Origin: a virus
Strand: one strand, 5' to 3'
DNA: 64,000 bases
Virus record (IMG/VR): IMGVR_UViG_3300025312_000002
Coordinates: 1 to 64,000 of that record
Below the pieces are notes generated by a model that worked only from the letters and a program-made list of their open reading frames with translations, was not told where the DNA came from and searched no databases. Every line of letters starts with the position of its first letter. The stretch's first letter is position 1. Positions 11,171 to 19,850 of this stretch are shown piece after piece. A program made the translations under genes and the position numbers.

Positions 11171-11326
11171 ATGGAAAACAAGGCCTGTTGCCCCCGCTGC
11201 CAGAGTGACCGCATAGGCCATAACATAGGCATGTATTTCGTGGCCTATGAATGCCATGATTGTAAGTACCAGTGGGTTGAGCGGTTCGAAATCAAGAATG
11301 ATAAGGAGAATTCGGTATGTGGCTGA
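11171..11326 (+). CDS. Small Zn-ribbon protein (51 aa, not in ORF track)
   Basis: Translated by hand: MENKACCPRC...ECHDC; GAGAGG RBS. Confidence 0.55.
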   Translation: MENKACCPRCQSDRIGHNIGMYFVAYECHDCKYQWVERFEIKNDKENSVCG

Positions 11327-11477
11327 ACAATATACACGCAAACCAACCATCACCTCCGGATGGATTTGGTGGCGCCATGTGTTCGTGTGCGGAATGTACA
11401 AAGGCAAGATGTAAATCAATAAAGATTTCAGTGTTAGAAATATTGCAGGAAGCGAACGGGATAAAAGGAGGCGACAG

Positions 11478-11786
11478 ATGTCAATAGGGAATGATCAGCG
11501 AGTGTTCACTAAACTTGTAGGAAAAATGATTCTGTGGGCTTACGAGCAAGGATATGAGCTAACCTTCGGTGATGCTTGGGCCAAGACCGGGCACGTCGCG
11601 GGCAGCTTTCATTATTCTCGGTTAGCCGTTGACTTAAATCTCTTTAAAGACGGCGTATGGCTTCAAACAACTGAGGCACATAAGTTCCTTGGAGAGCATT
11701 GGGAAAGTCTTGATCCTAAATGTACATGGGGCGGGCGCTTTAAACGGGCCGACGGCAATCATTACAGTTACGGGGAGGGCAAGTAA
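11478..11786 (+). CDS. Endolysin, peptidase M15 family
   Basis: SFH...LAVD and DGNH Zn-peptidase motifs, WGG.F. Confidence 0.85.
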   Translation: MSIGNDQRVFTKLVGKMILWAYEQGYELTFGDAWAKTGHVAGSFHYSRLAVDLNLFKDGVWLQTTEAHKFLGEHWESLDPKCTWGGRFKRADGNHYSYGEGK

Positions 11787-12230
11787 ATGGGAATATCATT
11801 AGCAAATTTAGATATTGGCGGTTTGTTTAGCGGCATAGGAACTTTGGCAAAAGATATTCGTACCGCCATAACTGGCAAAGAACCGATTAGCTCCGATAAA
11901 GCAGCCGAAATTTCCCTTAAGCTCGCGGAGCTGGAAGGCAAGATAGAGGAAGGCAGGGTGTCCGTTCTCGTCGCAGAAGCTTCCTCAAGTGATAAATTTA
12001 CCTCCCGCGCAAGACCATCTTTCATGTACGTTTTTTATATAGTTGTTCTATGTCTGACATTAGCAGCTCCATTCGTAGGGGTATTCTTCCCTGCACAGAT
12101 GATAAAATTTTATGCTAATGTTCAGTACGGATTTAAGGCTATCCCTGATATTATGTGGCAAACATTTGGTGTCGGATACCTCGGATATGTGGCCGCAAGA
12201 GAATACGGCAAAACTAAAGGTAATGGTTAA
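11787..12230 (+). CDS. Holin (3TM / GTA-type family)
   Basis: AEA.S...F..RARP motif, TM helices, GYLGY...R..GK end; adjacent to endolysin. Confidence 0.8.
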   Translation: MGISLANLDIGGLFSGIGTLAKDIRTAITGKEPISSDKAAEISLKLAELEGKIEEGRVSVLVAEASSSDKFTSRARPSFMYVFYIVVLCLTLAAPFVGVFFPAQMIKFYANVQYGFKAIPDIMWQTFGVGYLGYVAAREYGKTKGNG

Positions 12231-12362
12231 AATAAGCTAAAGGAGAATTATCAAAATGGCTAAGACAGGCAAGGTTGCCGTGTTGCCAGATGATTGGATT
12301 CACGCTGGGGATGGTCGGTATGGGTGGGTTGCGTAGCTTTGATAAGCTAAAAGGCGCAGCAG

Positions 12363-12543
12363 CTAAATAGATGGGTTCTTGCTGACCAGCGAACTGTTCA
12401 ACTCCTCCGATTTCCGCCTGGCATATTCAGCATCGAGCATGGCCTTCCTTGCCCGATCCTCAAACGTACAGCGGTCTGTATGGTTTATCCTGTTTAATTC
12501 GTTTCCGATTTCCTCCAGAGACATTTTTGTAAAGTCCATCATT
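12363..12543 (-). CDS. Small hypothetical protein (cassette-like)
   Basis: GAGGAGG RBS before MMDF; start trimmed relative to ORF track (approximate). Confidence 0.5.
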
Positions 12544-12560
12544 AGTTCCTCCTCTCCTTT

Positions 12561-12635
12561 CAAAAACCGTGCCCCCGCAATAGGCAGAATTATCATATCC
12601 CAATATCAATAATTATGCCTATTGCACTGTTATCT
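12561..12635 (+). repeat. Degenerate attC-like palindrome
   Basis: GCAATAGGCA.AATTAT...ATAATT.TGCCTATTGC inverted repeat ending in R'-like GTTATCT. Confidence 0.5.
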
Positions 12636-12830
12636 GTCTATAAATTTTGTACTGGCAACCATCGTAGTCGGAAGGCTGTCTCCGTGTGGAGCTATCCGTA
12701 CATTACCGCATTGACACCTTTCCAGTATGGTCATTAGGTGCGTCGGGTTTGCTGTGGGCTTCTCGTCATACTGGAGTTCCCGCAATATGTATTTATGTAT
12801 CCCTATCCGGCATAAAATATTCATAGTCAT
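12630..12830 (-). CDS. Cassette ORF, hypothetical (C..G.H...C.CG Zn-ribbon-like)
   Basis: GGGAG RBS; stop codon lies in the GTTA of the attC-like R' box. Confidence 0.55.
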   Translation of the reverse strand: MTMNILCRIGIHKYILRELQYDEKPTANPTHLMTILERCQCGNVRIAPHGDSLPTTMVASTKFIDR

Positions 12831-12882
12831 CTCCCTATCTTTCAAGTACCGAAAAAACCATATAACAATCAATTAACTCCAA

Positions 12883-13119
12883 CTATGGCGTGACTCTAAA
12901 TGCTTCTCTTACTGTTTCCAGAGTCGCTTCCAGTGGCCCCAGGCGCAAGCAATATTGTCTCCGTAGCTCAAGTATGGACGGTATATCAAAGCCGAACAAC
13001 TTGAACGAATGCCTTTTCAACTGCTCGTAGAGGGACAGGCATTCCACGGTAAAAGGCCGACCTTCAACATCTGTAAAAACCATGTATTCCATTTTCGCTC
13101 CTTTTCTGGGATCAATCAC
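12883..13119 (-). CDS. Cassette ORF, hypothetical
   Basis: AAGGAG RBS before the internal MEYM start; bounded by attC remnants. Confidence 0.55.
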   Translation of the reverse strand: MIDPRKGAKMEYMVFTDVEGRPFTVECLSLYEQLKRHSFKLFGFDIPSILELRRQYCLRLGPLEATLETVREAFRVTP

Positions 13120-13129
13120 AATAAAACCC

Positions 13130-13217
13130 CCATAACAATTAAATCAAGCGGAGTGGGAATGTCGCTGGTCGCATTTCTATTCATATTCGTGGCCGCCCGC
13201 TTATTACTGCGTTATAC
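13130..13217 (+). mobile_element. attC: Integron attC site (canonical)
   Basis: R'' CCATAAC, 5 nt, L'' AATCAAGC (extra C) ... L' GCTTATT, 5 nt, R' GTTATAC; same architecture as aadA-type attC. Confidence 0.85.
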
Positions 13218-13445
13218 CACCGCTACAAGAATTTTAGCTTCTTTGAATCCTGGCCACATGCGTTTAAACCACGACTTAAATCCTCCATCGGCAGGTGCTA
13301 ACATGCACAGATGATGGTCTAAGAAACTATATCCCTGTTTTTCTGTCAAACAATGCTCCTTAACAAGGGTCCCAATGGTTGCAGTCATAGCACCCGTAAG
13401 AAGATCGTTTATTTCGTCTTCACCGGTTATTGATCGTACTATCAT
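13212..13445 (-). CDS. Cassette ORF, hypothetical
   Basis: GGAGG RBS; TAA stop is the complement of the R' GTTA. Confidence 0.65.
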   Translation of the reverse strand: MIVRSITGEDEINDLLTGAMTATIGTLVKEHCLTEKQGYSFLDHHLCMLAPADGGFKSWFKRMWPGFKEAKILVAVV

Positions 13446-13465
13446 TTCCCCATCCTCCTATAACG

Positions 13466-13552
13466 TATACACAATTAAATGAAGGCGACAGGAATAGCCG
13501 CCGTGGTTTTCATTGAAAGTATGAGGCCCACCGCCTCATCTCATTGTTATGT
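13466..13552 (+). mobile_element. attC: Integron attC site (R'' slightly degenerate)
   Basis: TATACAC-AATTA-AATGAAGG...CCTCATC-TCATT-GTTATGT. Confidence 0.7.
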
Positions 13553-13556
13553 GCCA

Positions 13557-13757
13557 CTAATAATCCCTACCCTGACCATCTTTTATGAGTTTACTTTCTT
13601 GTTTGAACCGTTTCCACTCATCTCTCAACTCGTCTATGGAGTCAAAGAAGTCGATTCCCTTTTTATCCATTTCCTCAAGGCGGCCATGGACTTTATTGAG
13701 AACATTCCAGCGAGCATCAGTCATCGGGCAAGAATTTTTCATAAAATTACCTCGCAT
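13557..13757 (-). CDS. Cassette ORF, hypothetical
   Basis: GAGGT RBS before the internal MKNS start; lies between two attC sites. Confidence 0.55.
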   Translation of the reverse strand: MRGNFMKNSCPMTDARWNVLNKVHGRLEEMDKKGIDFFDSIDELRDEWKRFKQESKLIKDGQGRDY

Positions 13758-13809
13758 AACCAGTCACTATAGTGGACGCCCAGGAGCGCCGCTTACCTTT
13801 GCGTTAACT
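13754..13809 (+). mobile_element. attC: Integron attC site (short, 56 bp)
   Basis: R'' GCATAAC...AGTGG-A-CGC loop GCG-CCGCT...R' GTTAACT. Confidence 0.7.
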
Positions 13810-13959
13810 TCAATGCCAACTGTGATCATGGTGCCCCTCTCCGTATGTTCCGTCCTCATTAAATCCGTGCATTGCCGCATTAAAGTGATCTACAATTAGT
13901 AGGGCTACATACAACACTGCTGAAATAATAAAGATAATCCATCCCGCCCCTATGTCCAT
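13810..13959 (-). CDS. Cassette ORF, small membrane peptide (~49 aa, not in ORF track)
   Basis: AGGAG RBS; MDIGAGWIIFIISAVLYVALLIV... Confidence 0.5.
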   Translation of the reverse strand: MDIGAGWIIFIISAVLYVALLIVDHFNAAMHGFNEDGTYGEGHHDHSWH

Positions 13960-13981
13960 TTCCGATCTCCTGTAGCAAAAC

Positions 13982-14068
13982 AGATAACAATAAAATCAAG
14001 GCGACGGGGATTTCCTCCGTCGCATTTCAGGCACAGGCATTGGTTCGTGCTTTATTACTGCGTTAGCA
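13982..14068 (+). mobile_element. attC: Integron attC site (canonical)
   Basis: R'' AGATAAC-AATAA-AATCAAGG...CTTTATT-ACTGC-R' GTTAGCA; ends nearly identical to the 13130 site. Confidence 0.8.
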
Positions 14069-14419
14069 CTCACAAAAAGATACGCCCTCGCTATAGTATC
14101 CGCTGTCGCCATACCATCGGATTGTCACAAATCCCTTTACCGTGGCAAATTTGTAAAACGTCCAAGTAAAACTACGATTCTGCTCTTCTTTTGTTATTCC
14201 TTTGGGATTTTTGACCTCTTCCGCTTCAATCATTGGAGATCCGACTAAATCAGAGAGGCCCCCAATGATTTCCTCAACAGAGACGTTTTCGCAGCCTTCC
14301 GGTTCATGGTACAATTTGTATTTCTTTCCTTCGTCTGTCGTGAATATGATTTCCTCATTATGGTTGTTCTCAACTCTTGCCATCGTCTTGCCTATCAAAT
14401 CCCTTAATTTTGCTCCCAT
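14063..14419 (-). CDS. Conserved phage hypothetical protein (YH..C.E.V...TWTFY...RWYG family); cassette ORF
   Basis: GGAGG RBS before MGAKL; stop overlaps R' GTTA. Confidence 0.7.
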   Translation of the reverse strand: MGAKLRDLIGKTMARVENNHNEEIIFTTDEGKKYKLYHEPEGCENVSVEEIIGGLSDLVGSPMIEAEEVKNPKGITKEEQNRSFTWTFYKFATVKGFVTIRWYGDSGYYSEGVSFCEC

Positions 14420-14518
14420 CTCGTCCTCCTTGTGGTAAAATAATAAAAATGCCAAATCGGGTAGCCGGGAGACCAGTGCTATCATGACATTCTTTATCCA
14501 TAGTGGCTTTCCTCACAC

Positions 14519-15133
14519 CTAGTATGAAACAACGGAAACTCCTTTTGTTTGTTCTACAAAAAATATTTTATCAGCTTTCTTTAGGATGTTTTTTTGATCA
14601 GAAATCATTATTATTTGAAGATTTAATTTTTCTGAGACTTCTTTTATCAATAAAGATGCTTTTTCTTGGTACTCAGGATTATGAAGAAACTTGCTTGGCT
14701 CATCCCACAACATTGTATTTCTTGTTTTTCTGATACTCCAAATAGCAAGAGGAAATGCAACATTTGCTACTACATCAGCAACTCCTCCTCCTCCTACAGC
14801 AAGTATATCATCACACTCATTCCCATTCTTAATAAACAGCAAATCTGCTTCAGTTTTATTTCTTCTCTGAACAAATTTGAGTTTAAATTCATAAGGCTCA
14901 GGAAATACAGCAGCTAAAGCAGAAGAAACTACTGTGCTGATTTGTATCTCAATATGCTGCTGGGTCTGTTCTGCTACTGCCTGGATAACACTCCTTGCTT
15001 TTTGGGCATTTTCGTAGCGTGTGTTTTGTTCTTCTCGTTTATCAAAAACTTCTTGTGCTTGGGATTGATAAACTTTTCGTTTAGCCATTTCCTCAATCAA
15101 TCTATTTTTTATTAGTTGTAATTTACCATTCAT
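14519..15133 (-). CDS. SbcC/Rad50 C-terminal half (ABC signature + Walker B)
   Basis: Coiled coil, GGGVAD signature-like motif, MLWDEP Walker B/D-loop. Confidence 0.8.
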   Translation of the reverse strand: MNGKLQLIKNRLIEEMAKRKVYQSQAQEVFDKREEQNTRYENAQKARSVIQAVAEQTQQHIEIQISTVVSSALAAVFPEPYEFKLKFVQRRNKTEADLLFIKNGNECDDILAVGGGGVADVVANVAFPLAIWSIRKTRNTMLWDEPSKFLHNPEYQEKASLLIKEVSEKLNLQIIMISDQKNILKKADKIFFVEQTKGVSVVSY

Positions 15134-15359
15134 ATTGAGCCTTCAATACAGAGTATTTTCCCTCAATTTCTTTTTCAAGCTTAGTGAGTTCTGCTTGCTG
15201 AGAAACAAGAGCTTTCTTAGCCTCTACAATCGAACGGAACCCTAGTTCCTTGAGAGTTTTCATCTGCTCTTCCAATTTCCCTGTCAAAGAAGCTTTTTGC
15301 ATCTTTGAACTTTCAATTTGCTTTGATAACTTTTCCAAATCATTTATAATATTATTCAC
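15123..15359 (-). CDS. Small coiled-coil protein within the SbcCD cluster
   Basis: Heptad pattern; translationally coupled to neighbours. Confidence 0.6.
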   Translation of the reverse strand: MNNIINDLEKLSKQIESSKMQKASLTGKLEEQMKTLKELGFRSIVEAKKALVSQQAELTKLEKEIEGKYSVLKAQYEW

Positions 15360-16245
15360 TCACAACCTCCTTTAATAGATCAGCAACACCTTTTTCAACC
15401 TTATTTTCTTTTAAATACTGAGTTAAATTATCTTCAAAAGATAAGGACATACTTTTAGTGTTTGATAATCCGCTTATGAAAGAAGCAAATTTATCTGTTC
15501 TTTCCTTCTTTTCTTTTATTCTTTCAAGATTAAAAACTTCTGAAATCGGTTTGATTGGTACTTCAAATTCTTTATATTTGCTTGTTTCAGTGTCGAACAG
15601 AACAACTTTTGGGATGTGTTCTAATTGAGCTGTTGTTGCTCTCATTAAACTTCCGCAATTGAATAAATGTTTATTGCCTACTTGAGCATGAAAATAATTA
15701 TGATTGTCACCTGAAACAATCAAATCAAACTCATGCTTTCTAAGCAGATTTTCAGCATAATCAAAACCTTTTTGAGCATCCCAAATCTTATCATTATGAA
15801 TAATCATTCTGTGAGTAAGAAGAATACTGTACATATGGAAATCAAGTATTTCTGGAATCTCTTCTCCAAATGAAGCCCTATATATATGCAACCCATCATA
15901 AATAGGAGTGTTGTTTGGAATGATTTTTAAAACATTTGCAGCTTCAAGAACTGCAAGAGGAGTGTCATCAGTATCATCGGAATGATATTTCATATCATGC
16001 TGCCCTAGCACAGTAAAAATAGGAACTTCTGAACATGAAAATATGTTGATATATGTTTGGAGAACTAAATTTGATTGCTTATAAGAATCAAAAACATCTC
16101 CTGGAAGAAGTAAAGTAGCTTTGTTCTGAACAGCTAAACCCACAATATAATTTATTTTTTGGATTTGGGTTTCAAAATAATTGTCTGTTCGATTCTCTGG
16201 ATTTTTAGAAGTTATATGTAAATCACCTGCAATAAGATATTTCAT
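15352..16245 (-). CDS. sbcD: SbcD/Mre11-like metallophosphoesterase nuclease
   Basis: GDLH, GDVFD, GQHD, SGDNH, NCGS motifs. Confidence 0.88.
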   Translation of the reverse strand: MKYLIAGDLHITSKNPENRTDNYFETQIQKINYIVGLAVQNKATLLLPGDVFDSYKQSNLVLQTYINIFSCSEVPIFTVLGQHDMKYHSDDTDDTPLAVLEAANVLKIIPNNTPIYDGLHIYRASFGEEIPEILDFHMYSILLTHRMIIHNDKIWDAQKGFDYAENLLRKHEFDLIVSGDNHNYFHAQVGNKHLFNCGSLMRATTAQLEHIPKVVLFDTETSKYKEFEVPIKPISEVFNLERIKEKKERTDKFASFISGLSNTKSMSLSFEDNLTQYLKENKVEKGVADLLKEVVSE

Positions 16246-17336
16246 ATATTAGCCTCTATATATTTTAAAGAAGTAGGTGTTATGGGTTCAAAGCAGATAG
16301 GACAAACGTCAGCTTTACTTAACAGTGATTTATATTGGGAAATAAATCGTTCCAATTTCAATTCTTCTTCTGTTTCCGCTTTAGTTGTTTCTTCTAAAAA
16401 AATAAGAGTTTTAAATAGAACTGCATTTTTCTTTTCTTTTTCTTGAATAAGAGGAAATAAAGAAGAAATCTTTTTATGCTCTTCTTCAATTTGAAGCCAT
16501 TCAGACTCAGCCTGTAAAGTTTCTTCTGATTCTGAAATTGACATCAGAAGGTTATCAAGAGTAGAAATTGCTTTTTGACTATCTGTTCGAATAGAAATTA
16601 ACTTCAAAATCAAGTCTTTTTCATTTTCAAGAGTTTCATCATAAATAAGTTCTTCAATTTGTCCTTGCAGAGTTTCTATAGATTTGATTGTCCCATCAAT
16701 TCTAAGGTACTCGGAACTGCTCTTTTCCTGATTTGCAGTCAGGAGTTCAAGTTTCTCTACAATGACCTTTATTTCATTTAAAAAGGCTAATTCTTCGACT
16801 TTAGTGTTTAACTTAGTAATTTCAATATCATAGTCAGTTATTTTTCCTTTTGCTATGCTTACAATTGAGTTTATCTTGGAAAAAGCTCGATCAATAATAT
16901 CAAGACCCACCCACTCATTAAACTTTCGTGCAACCTCTCCGGGAGTGTCTTGAAGAAGAAAATAAGGTTGATGTTGGGTTTGAATGTTGTAGTCCACAAT
17001 ATTTGTGATCTTTTTTAAATCTTCAGGAACATCAGATTTTAATGCTTCAAATTGTGTACCATTTAGATCGTAAGTATTTTTATTGTTTTTTCTTTCTTTG
17101 GAAATGTAAGTTCCTTCTGCAAACTCTATTCCTACATTGACGGACTCTTTATCTTTAGAAAACCAAGAATTAAATTCATTTCCTAAAGGTCTATTATTTA
17201 AAACCCAAAATAAAGCCCTAAAGATTGCACTTTTTCCAGAATCCGAGGCACCCGTTATGATATTTACTCCTGGAACAAACTCAAGGAATGTGCTTTTATG
17301 ACTTTGGAAATTTGATATTTCGCAGGTCTTAATCAT
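16242..17336 (-). CDS. SbcC/Rad50 N-terminal half (Walker A to Zn hook)
   Basis: NFQSH, GASDSGKS Walker A, Q-loop, coiled coil, terminal CPIC hook. Confidence 0.85.
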   Translation of the reverse strand: MIKTCEISNFQSHKSTFLEFVPGVNIITGASDSGKSAIFRALFWVLNNRPLGNEFNSWFSKDKESVNVGIEFAEGTYISKERKNNKNTYDLNGTQFEALKSDVPEDLKKITNIVDYNIQTQHQPYFLLQDTPGEVARKFNEWVGLDIIDRAFSKINSIVSIAKGKITDYDIEITKLNTKVEELAFLNEIKVIVEKLELLTANQEKSSSEYLRIDGTIKSIETLQGQIEELIYDETLENEKDLILKLISIRTDSQKAISTLDNLLMSISESEETLQAESEWLQIEEEHKKISSLFPLIQEKEKKNAVLFKTLIFLEETTKAETEEELKLERFISQYKSLLSKADVCPICFEPITPTSLKYIEANI

Positions 17337-17346
17337 TTTTGTTTCC

Positions 17347-17976
17347 TCAAGTAAATAGCTTTTGCTGTTTTTTCAACAGCACAGGTTTTTTCTGTTCTAT
17401 TCTGGAATGAAGAAATAATGCAGGTCTAATATCCACAATCCATTCAAAAAAGTCAGTAAGAGACAGAATAACAAGGTTCATGGAACAAATATAAACAGGA
17501 CATTGACCTCCAAAGAAATCAAGTAACACATAAAAATATTTATCAGTAAAGCAAATACAAGGTGTTCTATTGTTTCTTCTAAAGATAAGAACAGGAATTT
17601 TGTTTGTCAAATCAGCATCTCGTTTACATTGATTCCACATCTTTTGTAAAACAGGCTTTTTTTGTGTTGAATCAAGGAAATCCAAAACATCCCATCTAAC
17701 TATTTCTGTTTTTTCTTCTTTCTTCTTTTTTATTCCATACCCTGTTTTTATTTCTATTGACCATGATTTAATTAAAAGTTCTCCTTCTTGATCTGAACAA
17801 GTAATGTCTCCGCTTTGCAAAACAGTATCTTTCCCCGTTTTTCTCCTTGATGTAAATCTTGCTCCTGAAGATTGGCTTCGATAAAAAACATTATCATTAT
17901 TTCCTTGACTAAACCAAAGAGACAACACTTTTGCTATAGCTCTTTCAAAATCATGTCCTTTTCCTGAACTACTCAT
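17347..17976 (-). CDS. Holliday junction resolvase-like PD-(D/E)xK nuclease
   Basis: KG..FER, SGA, GDI, IEIK, PVLIFRRN motifs. Confidence 0.75.
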   Translation of the reverse strand: MSSSGKGHDFERAIAKVLSLWFSQGNNDNVFYRSQSSGARFTSRRKTGKDTVLQSGDITCSDQEGELLIKSWSIEIKTGYGIKKKKEEKTEIVRWDVLDFLDSTQKKPVLQKMWNQCKRDADLTNKIPVLIFRRNNRTPCICFTDKYFYVLLDFFGGQCPVYICSMNLVILSLTDFFEWIVDIRPALFLHSRIEQKKPVLLKKQQKLFT

Positions 17977-18364
17977 TTTTTATGCTCCCTACAATTGAGG
18001 CTTTTCTTATTCTAGGAGCATCTCCGTCTAGCTGCAACCAATCTTTTTGAATGTTATTAAAACTATTCTTTCCCCTTATTTGAAAAGCAACTATAGCCAA
18101 ACATCCCCAAGCAGCATGGGCTAAGTGATGTAACTCACTCTTCTTATCAAACCCTTCTCCTAGAATCCAAGATGTAATATGTCGAAAAATAGCTGCAATG
18201 ATTCTTGAGAACTTTATTCCCTTTTCCCAGTTCCTGTCTCCGTATTCTTCTGCCCCCTTTGTATATACTTTTGCAAGTTCTTCAAGGGCATCAAATGGGA
18301 GCAGATCGTATCTTAATTTCCCCTCGTCATCTTTCCTGCCTTCAATTCCGATTTCAATTTTCAT
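17969..18364 (-). CDS. dATP/dGTP diphosphohydrolase-like protein (DUF5664 type)
   Basis: K.D.GK.RYDLLP, GA..YG..NW.KG, RH...GE..D..S.L.HLAH motifs. Confidence 0.8.
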   Translation of the reverse strand: MKIEIGIEGRKDDEGKLRYDLLPFDALEELAKVYTKGAEEYGDRNWEKGIKFSRIIAAIFRHITSWILGEGFDKKSELHHLAHAAWGCLAIVAFQIRGKNSFNNIQKDWLQLDGDAPRIRKASIVGSIKNE

Positions 18365-18588
18365 AATTCATACCCCAATATTTGTGATTCTGATTGAATA
18401 CTTCTTAAACAAACTTGACATAAAAACTTGTTTGGTGGACGAACTAAACGAGAACATATTTTTTCCTTTCCTGTGTAAAAACCATCATCAATTATGTTTT
18501 GGCATCTTCGTATAGGAGGAATATTTTTTCTTTTCCTAAGAACAGGGGCAGGAACTATTTTTCTTTTTCTTAAAATGGGTTTTTCCAA
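18361..18588 (-). CDS. Small basic Cys4 protein
   Basis: Tandem KPILRKRK/APVLRKRK followed by four Cys. Confidence 0.55.
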   Translation of the reverse strand: MEKPILRKRKIVPAPVLRKRKNIPPIRRCQNIIDDGFYTGKEKICSRLVRPPNKFLCQVCLRSIQSESQILGYEL

Positions 18589-18745
18589 TTATCCAATCCT
18601 CAATAAAACCCAAATTAAAGTTGATAAATAGTTTCATCCTTCCCCAATTCCTTCTCTAGCTCCTTTATTTTCTTTTCCAAAGTGACCTTTGCTTTAGAAT
18701 TTTTTGTCAAAGAAAGAATTTGTCTTAATTCAAACAAGCGAGTTT

Positions 18746-19588
18746 TTACTGAAGTGATAGAATTGTTTTGCATTTTTCTAAATACTCCTTTTCTAGCATT
18801 GATCGAAAACCATATTGAGCAAGTATAGTAACAAAATTTTTATAAGAGAGCACAGGTTTTTTATCAGGAAGTTTAATTGCTGTTGTTCCAGGGTAAGGAA
18901 GAGAAACTAAAGGTAAATTAAAATCAATTAATTCCTTGTTCGATACTATTTTCTGATGTGCTGCTGAAGTTATTTTCAGCTCTTTCTTCAGATACTTGAT
19001 TGCTGTTTTAGTTCCTATTGTAGGAATTCCGGGTATGCTGTCACTATCACATCCCGCTATAGCTTTAACATAAATCCATTGATTAGGAGGAATATTATAC
19101 TCATCTTCAAAATTACCCTTGGAGAATTCTACTTTATTGTACAGAGAAACTCTGTCTGATAATAATTGGTAAAGATCATTATCAGTTGAAATAATAAGGA
19201 ACGGAATGTCTTTCTTTTCGTTTTGGATAATGGAAGCTATTAAATCATCAGCTTCATATCCTTCTTGGGAATAACTAAGAAAACCTATATTTGGAATAAC
19301 TGATTCTTTCAGCTCATTGAATTGTCGATAGCAAAGAGCATCAAACTCTTTTTCTTGTTCTGTTCTTTCCTGATGTCTTTTTCCTTTGTAACCAGGAAAA
19401 TGTTCTTTCCGAATAGATGTTTTACTGTCCCAAGTAAATATAAAATCATTTGTTTTGAATATTTTAGCAAGAGAAATGATTTTTCTAAGGAAACCAAAGA
19501 CAACTCCTACCTCATTTCCTTCGTAAGAAAGATCAAGCGTGTGTTTTGCTTGGTAACAAATAGAACTGCTGTCAACTATGATTGTCAT
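18746..19588 (-). CDS. 5'-3' exonuclease / flap endonuclease (T4 RNase H-like)
   Basis: IIVD, YK..R, YEADD, STDNDL.QL, GCDSDSIPG motifs. Confidence 0.9.
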   Translation of the reverse strand: MTIIVDSSSICYQAKHTLDLSYEGNEVGVVFGFLRKIISLAKIFKTNDFIFTWDSKTSIRKEHFPGYKGKRHQERTEQEKEFDALCYRQFNELKESVIPNIGFLSYSQEGYEADDLIASIIQNEKKDIPFLIISTDNDLYQLLSDRVSLYNKVEFSKGNFEDEYNIPPNQWIYVKAIAGCDSDSIPGIPTIGTKTAIKYLKKELKITSAAHQKIVSNKELIDFNLPLVSLPYPGTTAIKLPDKKPVLSYKNFVTILAQYGFRSMLEKEYLEKCKTILSLQ

Positions 19589-19601
19589 ATGTTCCTTTTA
19601 A

Positions 19602-19670
19602 AGAAGAGGAAGGCTGGTACATACTTTCGATTTTGCCTTTCAGCAGACACCGCCAGTTCCTTCCTCTTCT
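19602..19670. repeat. Intergenic hairpin
   Basis: AGAAGAGGAAGG / CCTTCCTCTTCT 12-bp perfect arms plus inner CTGG/CCAG. Confidence 0.65.
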
Positions 19671-19673
19671 AAG

Positions 19674-19850
19674 TTATTTTGTTTTTGCTTCTTGGATTTT
19701 AATTCGCACTTCTTGAGCAAGTCTTTTTACATCCTGTAAAGCAACTCTTGCTTTTGTTCCTGCTGATTTATTGCCTTTCCTCTCAAACTTTTCAATATTT
19801 TCTTTTGTTTCTGTTAAAATGTCTATCATTACATTAATCGTCTCAAGCAT
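19674..19850 (-). CDS. Histone H1-like (Hc1-type) small DNA-binding protein (58 aa, not in ORF track)
   Basis: Translated by hand: ...EKFERKGNKSAGTKARVALQDVKRLAQEVR...; GN.AAG.RAR-type motif; GGAGG RBS. Confidence 0.75.
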   Translation of the reverse strand: MLETINVMIDILTETKENIEKFERKGNKSAGTKARVALQDVKRLAQEVRIKIQEAKTK

